Both the position numbers and the translations under genes were made by a program. Below the pieces are notes generated by a model. It had not been told where the DNA came from and did not search any database. It saw only the letters and a list, made by a program, of their open reading frames with translations. From a virus (lineage: Duplodnaviria; Caudoviricetes): a stretch of 41,076 bases of DNA. Shown one piece after another: positions 9,028 to 17,700 of the stretch. The stretch spans positions 1 through 41,076 of the IMG/VR virus record IMGVR_UViG_3300037863_000259. One strand, given 5' to 3'. Every line of letters starts with the position of its first letter. The first letter of the stretch is position 1.

Positions 9028-9950
9028 TGCTCTTCGAATACGCGGTGGAGCCGCAGGCCATCGGCTCAAGCTGGCAAAACTTCCGCTACTTGATCGAAAA
9101 GTTTGGTTTTGATCGCGGTCGGTTGATTTCGCGGTTTCCGGGCAAATGGGAAAAGAAGGTCATTCAGGCCGCCAAAGAGGCGGGCGTGCCGGCCATTCGG
9201 ATGGCAAGCATTGTCGAGCGCTTACGAAACGCCAAACTGGCAGTGGTTGATTTTGGGCGGCCCTACAACTCTGAGATGTCTTGGATCGATAACGCGCTGA
9301 CCGAGAACCAGCGCGCTCCTTTCCACGCCATCATCGCCCAACAAAATCTTGGCGGGAACGCTGCCGTGTTGCTTGTAGCCGATGTCGATGAGCACCAGCC
9401 ACTCATGGCGGTGGTACAAGATCTCGCGGTTTCCCGAGAGGCTGAATTTATTGCAGCGGCTCTGGGTGCCTTTCTTCGGGTCAGCACTCGTATTCTGTTC
9501 GTTGATCCTTTTTTCGATCCCTACAATGCGCGCTACAAGTCGACACTTCGGGCGTGCCTCGCAGTAGTTAAAGCGGATAACCCAAGCGCAGCCTGCGAAA
9601 TCCACTACCGTTACCACAACAACAAACCGACCAATGCCGAATTGGAGGGAGAGGCGGCGAAGCTTTTCAATGGGGTGATTCCAGAGGGGCTCGCCGTTTT
9701 ACTCTATTGTTGGCGTGAGAAGAAAGATGGAGCCGATTTCCACGCGCGTTACCTGCTAACGGACCGTGGCGGTGTCGGCATCGATGCTGGATTCTCGGCC
9801 GAAGGTGGACATCAGAATACGGACATGCACCTCATGAGCGTCGCCCTATCGCAGGCAAGGCTCACTGCGTTTGCGAGAGATGCGACCGATTTCGAACTTG
9901 TGAAGCCGGTCTTGGAGATTCGATCGGATGGCAGTGTTCGACGGACCTGA
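9027..9950 (+). CDS. Uncharacterised protein with putative C-terminal PLD-like (MIT_C-type) domain
   Basis: TGATG coupling to the ATPase; ILFVDPFF and DFHARYLLTDRGGVGIDAGF resemble the DPY / HxR...G motifs of MIT_C-type PLD folds (fold is inferred). Confidence 0.65.
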   Translation: MLFEYAVEPQAIGSSWQNFRYLIEKFGFDRGRLISRFPGKWEKKVIQAAKEAGVPAIRMASIVERLRNAKLAVVDFGRPYNSEMSWIDNALTENQRAPFHAIIAQQNLGGNAAVLLVADVDEHQPLMAVVQDLAVSREAEFIAAALGAFLRVSTRILFVDPFFDPYNARYKSTLRACLAVVKADNPSAACEIHYRYHNNKPTNAELEGEAAKLFNGVIPEGLAVLLYCWREKKDGADFHARYLLTDRGGVGIDAGFSAEGGHQNTDMHLMSVALSQARLTAFARDATDFELVKPVLEIRSDGSVRRT

Positions 9951-10080
9951 ATTCTAGTCAGCACATGCCCGCGCCGGATCGCACATGCGGCAAGACGGAG
10001 TTTGAACTCCTAAATGGCCGATTTCGAATAAGTCGTGTTGTCTGTCGAAACTGTGGCTGCCGCCGATCCTGCCGTCCGTG

Positions 10081-10098
10081 CCCGGACGCTGGTCCGGG
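10081..10098. terminator. Hairpin between the convergent defence and lysis operons
   Basis: CCCGGAC-GCTG-GTCCGGG, 7-bp stem; no clear U-tract. Confidence 0.3.
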
Positions 10099-10121
10099 TC
10101 GCCCCTCCAACTGATAGGTAT

Positions 10122-10316
10122 TTATCCAATCCGCGCCTTCGCCGTCTTCCGGAACACCACGCCCGCGATGCCGGTGATCGCCAGCACCACGGTCAGAACG
10201 TCGGCCTCGCTGAGGCCCGCAGGCAGCAAACCGAGCGCACCGGCCACGCCCCAGGCGCTGCCGATGACGCCGGTCCAGATGGCCTTTGAGGCCCACCAGG
10301 GTTTCAGATCTTCCAT
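10122..10316 (-). CDS. Small two-TM membrane protein, putative holin
   Basis: KPWWASKAIW N-terminus, two hydrophobic segments, basic C-terminus, GGAGA RBS, follows the endolysin. Confidence 0.65.
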   Translation of the reverse strand: MEDLKPWWASKAIWTGVIGSAWGVAGALGLLPAGLSEADVLTVVLAITGIAGVVFRKTAKARIG

Positions 10317-10330
10317 GCCGTTTCTCCAAT

Positions 10331-10351
10331 AAAAAAGCCCGCAAAGGCGGG
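10331..10351 (-). terminator. Intrinsic terminator-like hairpin between endolysin and putative holin
   Basis: Minus strand CCCGC-CTTT-GCGGG-C-TTTTTT. Confidence 0.6.
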
Positions 10352-10382
10352 GGCAGGCGAGACCCTTCGTGGGGCCGATGGA

Positions 10383-10919
10383 TCAGGCTTCGTTGGTTGA
10401 AAGATCGCCCGCTAGTTCCAAGTGAACAGGCGCTACGCTTGCCGGCTGGACCCGGTAGATCGGCCGTCGCACGGCGATGCAGCGGGCTTTGGCGATGCGG
10501 GTGATGCTCACGCCGTTGGACTGGTTGCCGCCGAGCACGTGATAGGCGCCGTAGTCTTCGCCAACATAGAGCCCGACATGGCCAGCGCTCTCGGCGCGGC
10601 GAAACATCAGCACATCGCCTAGCTGCGCCTCATCGGCAGCTTTGCCGAACGCCGCCCAGTTCCGCGCCCAGAGCGGACCATCCACGATTACCTTACCGGC
10701 GCGCTTGGCGACCACGGCCATGAACAGGCCGCACCAGGGGATGGCGTCGTCATTGTAGGATTTGGCGAGCCCGACCTCCTTGGCCCAGCCAAGGATCAAC
10801 GGATTGTCGGCCGAGCCTGCAAACTCGAAGGCGCCGTAAAGTTTGCGAGCCTCCTGCAGCATCCTGGGCAGCGGGCGCAGGTCATCGATCCAGCCATAAG
10901 CCGGTGGCAGCGGTGTCAT
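10383..10919 (-). CDS. Endolysin, TIGR02594-like NlpC/P60 (CHAP-like) peptidase
   Basis: PWCGLF catalytic Cys, GHVG His, LGGNQ motif; located in the lysis cassette. Confidence 0.85.
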   Translation of the reverse strand: MTPLPPAYGWIDDLRPLPRMLQEARKLYGAFEFAGSADNPLILGWAKEVGLAKSYNDDAIPWCGLFMAVVAKRAGKVIVDGPLWARNWAAFGKAADEAQLGDVLMFRRAESAGHVGLYVGEDYGAYHVLGGNQSNGVSITRIAKARCIAVRRPIYRVQPASVAPVHLELAGDLSTNEA

Positions 10920-10934
10920 AAATGTCTCCTGGGA

Positions 10935-11159
10935 TTAGCGGCCTGAGAGGCCTTTGATGGTGGCGTAGACGACCGCCAGCGCGGCCATCAGGGTCGACAG
11001 CCATTTGACGAACCGGACCATGCCGGTCGCGGTGTTCCAGGCTTCGAGCAGCTCTTTCAGTTCTTTTCGGACGGCCTTCAGCTCTTCCTGCACACCCTCA
11101 AGGTCGGCGCGGATCAGGGCGATCTCGACGGCGGGGTCACGATCGGGATTGCCTGCCAT
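10935..11159 (-). CDS. Small coiled-coil protein with C-terminal TM (holin-like or lysis accessory)
   Basis: Heptad-like N-terminal half, one hydrophobic C-terminal helix, directly upstream of the endolysin. Confidence 0.65.
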   Translation of the reverse strand: MAGNPDRDPAVEIALIRADLEGVQEELKAVRKELKELLEAWNTATGMVRFVKWLSTLMAALAVVYATIKGLSGR

Positions 11160-11740
11160 CAAATGACACTGCCGATGATGGCGATGACGGCCGGGCTGGC
11201 TTCAATCTGCTGGCCGGCAGCAATGTCAAAGTCGGTCTGCCGCTGACGAGCGCCCGTGGCGTAATGGACAAACAGCGCATCGGCCTCCAGCAGCGTGGGC
11301 GCCGTGACGACATGGAATTGGTAGTGCCGGCCCAAGGTGCGCTTAAGCTTCTGGATCACGCAGCAAAGCGTGAAGTCATCGTAGAAGTGCCGGGTGAAGG
11401 CACCTGCCGGCAGATAGCCGCCGCCATTCTCGACATTGTGAAAGCCGGACGTCCACCGCTGCGTGATCGGGCCATCGGGGCCTTCAAACACGTAATCCGC
11501 CCACCCGTTGGTGACGACTGAGACATGCTCGCACAGCGTCCAGGCGACCCCTTCGTCGTACATTTCGGTGATGGCGGGATTGAGCTTCGGGGCCACGAAC
11601 TCGAGCATCGGCCAGAGCCGCCACGAGTTGGCCGCCCGGCTGAACGTTAACCCGTTGCGGAACACCCCATAGTTGATATCGAGGTCGTCGTTGATCGCAA
11701 TCACCTCATCGGTGACCGTGGGCCGGCGGTCTTCTTGCAT
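11159..11740 (-). CDS. Hypothetical phage protein (193 aa, MQEDRRPTVTDEV...)
   Basis: True start taken as ATG 11740 with AAGGA RBS just after the upstream stop; the longer listed ORF overlaps the previous gene out of frame. Confidence 0.7.
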   Translation of the reverse strand: MQEDRRPTVTDEVIAINDDLDINYGVFRNGLTFSRAANSWRLWPMLEFVAPKLNPAITEMYDEGVAWTLCEHVSVVTNGWADYVFEGPDGPITQRWTSGFHNVENGGGYLPAGAFTRHFYDDFTLCCVIQKLKRTLGRHYQFHVVTAPTLLEADALFVHYATGARQRQTDFDIAAGQQIEASPAVIAIIGSVI

Positions 11741-11751
11741 CGCGTTTTTCC

Positions 11752-12660
11752 TTAGCTGACAGTGACCGAGACGACCTCGCGGACGACGTGGCTGCCCGAC
11801 TGGCTGCCCGACGTGCCGATCGCAGCGCCGCCCTGCGTGGCCGCAATGTTGAACGTGTCGGTCGCGGCGTTGATGACGAAGTAGGTCGTGTTGGCGAGGA
11901 TGCCGGTGGGAATCGCGCCGCTGGTTGTGAACTGCACCTGCTTGCCATTGGCGAGACCGTGCGCCGCCGCAGTGACAGTCGCGGGGCTGGCAATGGTGAT
12001 GGTGGCGGCGCGCGGGAGCATCGACGCAAAAGGGTTGCCGCTCAGCGTCCCGCCTGCCTGATACGAGGTGATGGGATTCTTGTAGCCGTAACGGGTGCCT
12101 GATCCGGTACCTGTAAAGCTGATCGCTGCACCCCCGGAGGTCGCCGCGATCTTGAATGCGCTGGCACTGACCACCGACTGGACGAAGTAGATGGTGAAGG
12201 CCGTGATCCCGCTGGGCATGCCGCCGGTGCAATAGAACTGGACCGGGTCGCCCACGGCAAGGCCATGCGATGTCCAGTTGATGTTGTTGGTCGGCGACGG
12301 GCTGAAGGTAATCCCCGTCACGTTGGTGAGGAAGGTGACCGAGCCCGCGCCGAGTGTGAAGTTCGTGCCGTTGATCCGCAAGCGCTGAGGCGCCGGTACG
12401 GCATTGTAACCGTCGATGCCGATCAGCGTGCTCGAGGTCCCGGCATAGAAGTCATAGTTGTGGACGATCGACCGGATGGTGCGGCCCTGCCATGTGGCGG
12501 GCGCGAAGTTCCCGCCAACGAGTGACGAGAAGTAGCCGCCATCGCCGCCATACTGCTCAACCGCGCTGTATTTATCGGAATATTGGTAATAGTTGACCGG
12601 GAGCTCGACCCGCTGGCCATCACTGCCAGTGCCGAGCAACGCAGATAGCACGCCCGCCAT
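11752..12660 (-). CDS. Tail fibre-associated / receptor-binding-like virion protein with a duplicated domain
   Basis: Thr/Gly/Ser-rich beta-type sequence; two repeats HGL..G..VQF...G..P.GI.A.T.YFV......F.IAAT.GGAAI. Confidence 0.65.
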   Translation of the reverse strand: MAGVLSALLGTGSDGQRVELPVNYYQYSDKYSAVEQYGGDGGYFSSLVGGNFAPATWQGRTIRSIVHNYDFYAGTSSTLIGIDGYNAVPAPQRLRINGTNFTLGAGSVTFLTNVTGITFSPSPTNNINWTSHGLAVGDPVQFYCTGGMPSGITAFTIYFVQSVVSASAFKIAATSGGAAISFTGTGSGTRYGYKNPITSYQAGGTLSGNPFASMLPRAATITIASPATVTAAAHGLANGKQVQFTTSGAIPTGILANTTYFVINAATDTFNIAATQGGAAIGTSGSQSGSHVVREVVSVTVS

Positions 12661-13880
12661 CAGCTCAGCCCCGCACCGGAGATCAACCAGGTCGTCGCCT
12701 TGACCTTGATGAGGGTCGCCAGCCCAAAGACGTCGATGGACCGCGTCCCGGTATTGGCGGTGCCCGCCTGGCGCAGCGTGTCGGTGGTGGTCGAGATCGT
12801 CTGGGCGACCGCGCTGTCATTGTGGATGACGATCGTCGCGCCGATCGGGAATGGGACCGAGGCGTTTGCCGGGATCACGATGCCGCCGGTGGTGATGCTG
12901 ATATGTTTGCCGCGATCGGCCAGAGCCAGCGTGTAGGCGGCAGTCCTCGCGTTCTGCGGAATATCCTTGAAGCCCAGCTCCAGCGCAGATGCGTCCTGGA
13001 TGATCCCTGCGGCCGTGATGCGCAGCCGTTCGATGCTGGCCGGCGCAAAGATCATGTCGCCCGCCGTGTTTACGGTGATCCAGCCCTTTTCGCCGGAGTT
13101 GGCGTTGTTCACCCACTGGATGTAGGCACCGACCGTATCGCCGGCATTCTGGCGCAGGATGATCGCGCCGGTGGTCGCCGCGCTGTCCTGCAAAAACCGC
13201 CCGCGCCCCGCGACATCGAGCGGGGCCGCCGGCGCGATGCCGATACCGACGCTGCCGGAAAACTGCGGACTGGCGAGCGGTGCGCGCGATGTATCGGACG
13301 GGTGGACATGGTCTGCGCGGGCAAAGCGAACCGACGTGCCGACCGCCGCCGTGCCATTGACGACAGGCGTGGTGGCGGAAGCCTGCGCCAGCACAAACGC
13401 CGTGGTCGCAGCCTGGGTTGTGTTGGTATCAGCTGCTGCCGTCGGCGCGGTCGGGACACCGGTGAACGCCGGCGACGCGAGCGGTGCATAGGCCCCGGCC
13501 GAGACATAGGCCGCGACCCAGGTAGACCCGGTCCACACCCGCATTTCAGCGGCGGTCGTGTTCCAGTGGAGCGCGCCGGTCAGCAGCGCGGCGCCATCAT
13601 TGTCGAGGGTCGGGTTGGCGGCCTTCGAGCCCAGATAGCGATCGTCGAAGGCGTCATAGCTGGCAGCGGCGCTGGTCGCGCTGGTGGCTGCGTTCGTCGC
13701 CTGGGTCCCGGCGGTGGTAGCGCTGGCCGCGGCGCTGGAGGCATAGCCGTTGGTCTCGGTGGCGAGCGCATTGGCCTGGGTAACGAAGTTCGGCAATGCG
13801 CCCAGAAAGGCATCAGCACGCGTGGAGAAGTTCGCCGCGTCCGCGCGGGACGGCGGCGTCGGCAAGGCTGTAATCGGCAT
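12660..13880 (-). CDS. Tail fibre protein
   Basis: Ala/Ser/Thr coiled N-terminal region, APLASPAFTGVPTAPT...TTQAATTAFV fibre repeat, ARADHVHP motif. Confidence 0.8.
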   Translation of the reverse strand: MPITALPTPPSRADAANFSTRADAFLGALPNFVTQANALATETNGYASSAAASATTAGTQATNAATSATSAAASYDAFDDRYLGSKAANPTLDNDGAALLTGALHWNTTAAEMRVWTGSTWVAAYVSAGAYAPLASPAFTGVPTAPTAAADTNTTQAATTAFVLAQASATTPVVNGTAAVGTSVRFARADHVHPSDTSRAPLASPQFSGSVGIGIAPAAPLDVAGRGRFLQDSAATTGAIILRQNAGDTVGAYIQWVNNANSGEKGWITVNTAGDMIFAPASIERLRITAAGIIQDASALELGFKDIPQNARTAAYTLALADRGKHISITTGGIVIPANASVPFPIGATIVIHNDSAVAQTISTTTDTLRQAGTANTGTRSIDVFGLATLIKVKATTWLISGAGLS

Positions 13881-13895
13881 GGGAATGCTCCGACT

Positions 13896-14789
13896 TTAAG
13901 TCAGGCCCTCAATCGTGAGGCTGCAATAGCTGACGGTGGGATAGGCGAGGTCGATCGAGAACTCTTTGTAGAAGCCGTAGACCGACAGGCTCTCGAACCC
14001 TTCGGAGCCGATCCACAGGACCGGCGTGGCGCGCAGCTGGGCCAGCGTGCGGTAGATGTCGTCGATCTGTTCGGTGTTCATGACGACCCGGGCGGTCATC
14101 CGCTTGGCCCAGGCGCGCGGGGTCACGGAGGTCACGCCGAACTGGTCGGTTTCTTTGCGGCTATAGTCGAGGATGCCAATGTCGGCGCCGTGCTCGGTAT
14201 CGCCCAGCGTCATCTGGCGGCCGACAATCAGCGTTCCGCACGACACGCTGGCGGCGGGATTGTCGCGGACAAGCGTGACCGTGACGACGCCGGCGTCATA
14301 GACCGGCACATCGAGGAACAGCAGCGAGGATTTGACGCCGATCGGCTCGAAGAACCAGACAAACCAATCGTCGATCGGGATGCCGCCGACGTTGAACGAG
14401 ATCGTCTGGCTATAGACCACGACGGAGGCCGCCGTGACGGTGACGGTGGCGCTTTCGGCATCGGTGTCGATCAGGGCAACCGCATCGATGCCGCCAGGCA
14501 CCAGCACGACCGAGACCGACCCGGTGCGGATGGTCGCGGTGCCGACCCGGGCATCGAACATGGCCCAGCGGTTCGTCGGACCGATATCGAGCCATTTGGT
14601 CGGATCGCTCGAAGGGCTGACGCCGGTCGATGCCGCGAGCGCTTCGTAACGCCGGTGGGTCGAGGTCAGGATAACCCGGTTACCGGCGACATAGGCTGTA
14701 CCGGCGGCCCAAACGGCATGGTCGGTTTCCGGAGCCGTGCTGCTGGTCAGCATGGCATCGGTGATGGCAGTGGGGCGGATCAGCTTCAT
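13896..14789 (-). CDS. Tail tip / distal tail-like protein
   Basis: Overlaps the tape measure stop; GILDYSRKETDQFG motif typical of this prophage tail gene class. Confidence 0.7.
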   Translation of the reverse strand: MKLIRPTAITDAMLTSSTAPETDHAVWAAGTAYVAGNRVILTSTHRRYEALAASTGVSPSSDPTKWLDIGPTNRWAMFDARVGTATIRTGSVSVVLVPGGIDAVALIDTDAESATVTVTAASVVVYSQTISFNVGGIPIDDWFVWFFEPIGVKSSLLFLDVPVYDAGVVTVTLVRDNPAASVSCGTLIVGRQMTLGDTEHGADIGILDYSRKETDQFGVTSVTPRAWAKRMTARVVMNTEQIDDIYRTLAQLRATPVLWIGSEGFESLSVYGFYKEFSIDLAYPTVSYCSLTIEGLT

Positions 14790-17700
14790 GCCGCGGCCCG
14801 CGTGGCCAGGGCATCCCCGTCAGGGGTGACCCGTTCCAGAATGCGCGCGGTCTTGGCGGTCCCCGACGCGATCGCGGCCGAGGCAATGCGCTGTTCGCCG
14901 CGCATGTCAGCGACCTCCTGCCGTAGAGCCTGAAGTTCATCGATCAGCGCGCTCTGGCCTTCATTGGCCGCCGGCGATGCACCTGCGATCTGGTTGGCGG
15001 CGAACTGGTCCCACCAGCCAGGCATGCCGGCCGTTGCGGCAGCCGATCCCGCCGTCGTCCCGGCCGCCTGATTGATTATGCCCAAGGTCTGTTCGAGACT
15101 GGAAGCGGTCAGGCCCTGCAGCCGGGCCAGATCTTCGGCAGACTTGGCCGTATCGGCGGCGACCGACAGCAATGTCTGGCTGAGGCCGGGCAGCGACTTG
15201 GCCGCTTCCTGATCGCCGGCCCGCGCCCGCATCGAGGCCGTGTTGAAGTCCGTCAGCGCCGCGGCATAGCTGCTGGGCTTGTCGCCCATCACGCCCCTGA
15301 TGCGCTTGATCTCGGCGATCAGGCCATCGGTGATCTGCGCCCAGGCGGATTTGAGCTTTTCCGCAGCGGCAGCGGCATCTTCGGCGGCCTTGGTCTGATC
15401 TTCCAGCGCCCAGATCTGCTGTTGCAGCGCCCGGTTTGAGGCATCGAGCTGGGCCAGATCAAGCGCGCGCAGCGCCGCTGTATCACCCTGCACCTCGAGC
15501 ATCCGGCGCTGCAGCGACAGGCGCTCGCCGGCAATGGCCGCAGCACTGGCGGCATCCTGCGCTGCGCCGACCAGATCGGCAAAGGCCGGCGCCAGCTGGA
15601 TCAGCGCAACATAGGCCGCGCGGCCAGCCTCGGTGGTGAGGTCCTGCGCGTCGACGAGCGCACGAAAGCCAGCAATGCTGCCCGGCATAGCAAGCCCCAA
15701 ACCGGCGAGGGCCGCGGTCATTTGCGCGGTGCGCGCCGCGGCCTGCTCGGCATTGGAATAGTAGAGCGAGAAATACTCTCCGGTCGCCGACAGCATGTCG
15801 CTGGCTGAGCCGAACCGGTCGACCAGATCCATGGCCGCGGCGATCGTGAGATTGGCCGAGCGCCCCAGCATGGTCACCGAGCTGGCGACCGCCTCGACAC
15901 TCGAGGCGACGCGCACCAGCGTCTCAAAATAGCCTTCGCCGACCTTCTGGAACTTGTCGAGCCCCGGCACTGCATAGCGGGCGAGGCTGTCAGCGGCCGC
16001 GCCAAACACCGCTGCCAGCTTCTCCTGAATTTCCTGACCGGTCAGGCCCTTCAGATCGATCTTGCCGACGTTGACAACAAAACTGTCGAGGCGGGTCTGA
16101 ACCTCGCCAAGCGAGAGGCCGAGCGGGCCGGCAGCGGCCGAGATGGCGTCATAAAAGCCCGTGAAGATCTGGCTGAACTGGCGCTCCAGTTCCGCGCTCG
16201 CAGCGGAATATTGCGTGCTGTAGCTGGTGCTGGTCGTGATCCCGAGGAACTTCTTCTTTTTCTGGACGTCGGTGTAATATTGCCCCTGGAACCCGCCGTC
16301 TACAATGCCGCCGAGCGACTGCGCCCCGCCGAAGATGCCCTGGCCAATGATGCTGGTCTTGGTGCCAAACAGCGACTTGATGAGGCTGCCGACCGGCCCA
16401 AGGATCGCGCCCAGGACACCGGTGATGCTGGTCTTGAACCCGGTCTGGATGCCGGCGGCCGACGCCTCGCCGCCATTGGTGCGGATAATCAGGTTGCTGA
16501 GCCCGCCGATATTGGCCTCGATGCTCTTGAGCGATGCCAGCATGGCAGCGGAATAGCGCATGGTCAGCGTGTCGATCTCGCGCAGATGATCGATGGCCTT
16601 GGCAATGCTCTCGGATTTCGCCGCGCTGTCGCCAAAGACCGTGCCGGTGCCGTCATTGGCGGGTGAGGGTTTGCTGCCACCTCCCGAGAGAGCCGAAACG
16701 CCAAGCGCAGCCATGACGCCGAGCATCGCGGCAACGACCGGGAAGCCAAATGGGCCGAGTGCCGCAAATATGCTGGCCGCGCCTTCTGCGATCTTGAGCG
16801 GTATGCGTGCGAGTGCGCCGCCGATGCTGAGGCCCGTCTTGGCTGTCTCGGCAGTGGCGGTCGCTGCGACTTCGGTGGTGGAACCGAGCACCGCCGCGCC
16901 GGTGACAGTCCCGATCAGCCCGATTTTGACCGCCGCGTTCTTGATCGCGATCGCGAGCTCATAGGCCCGGAAGGCCTTTTCTGCAGCGTCCAGAACCTTG
17001 TAGCCGGCGCTTCCCTGCTTGAAGAAGCCCTTCGCTGCCGAGGCAAGGTTGCCATAGTGATTGATTTCAGCCGACGCCTGCGCGGTGCGGGCATCGGCAT
17101 ATTGCATCGAAGTCCTGCCATAGGCGCGCTCGGCGTCGGCGACCTTCCTGGCCGCAGCCACCTGATCAGCAGCGAACTGGGAGATTTCGGAGGCAACCGC
17201 ACCAATAGCGCCGCCGACGCTGCCGAACGCCTCGGCCATGCCTTGGGCCGCCCGCTGGGTTTGCGATGCCATTGCGTCGAGGCTGGACAGATAGGCTGCG
17301 ACCGCAAGAGTCTCACGGTCAAAAACGCTTTGCCCATTCAGTATGGCTGCCGTGGTGAAAGAATATGCCTGCCATGCGGCATCCGCATTGGTGACGCCCC
17401 GCGTGACGGCATCGGCCATGAACGCGGTTTCTTCTGCTGCCAGTGCCGCCAGATTCTGCGCCAGCAAGGCTTTGCCGCGCGCGTCGCCGATCAGGCCGAT
17501 CAGCGCCAGTTCATCGCGCAATGGTTGCAGCGTGTTGCGCTCAATATCAGCATCGGCCTTGATGCCCTTGGCCTTCATCTCGGCAGCAAAAAGGACTTCG
17601 CGCGCGGCGGAGAGCTTGTCGATCGCCTGGCGCTGGCCATCGGTAACAGCCGTCCCGCGTTCACGCGCGACATTGATGGCGCGGACTTGCTCAGGGGTCT

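Noticed and set aside
261-9950. BREX, CBASS, PARIS, Gabija, PrrC or complete Menshen assignment
   Set aside because: No pglZ/brxC, cyclase, TOPRIM partner, UvrD helicase or DUF262 gene was recognised, and the ATPase lacks a C-terminal HEPN motif
11159-13880. Diversity-generating retroelement or invertible fibre cassette
   Set aside because: No reverse transcriptase, adenine-variant repeat pair or invertase with flanking inverted repeats was seen
12822-14933. 703-aa plus-strand ORF
   Set aside because: Antisense shadow of the tail genes; Arg/Gly-rich with no motifs, typical of high-GC DNA
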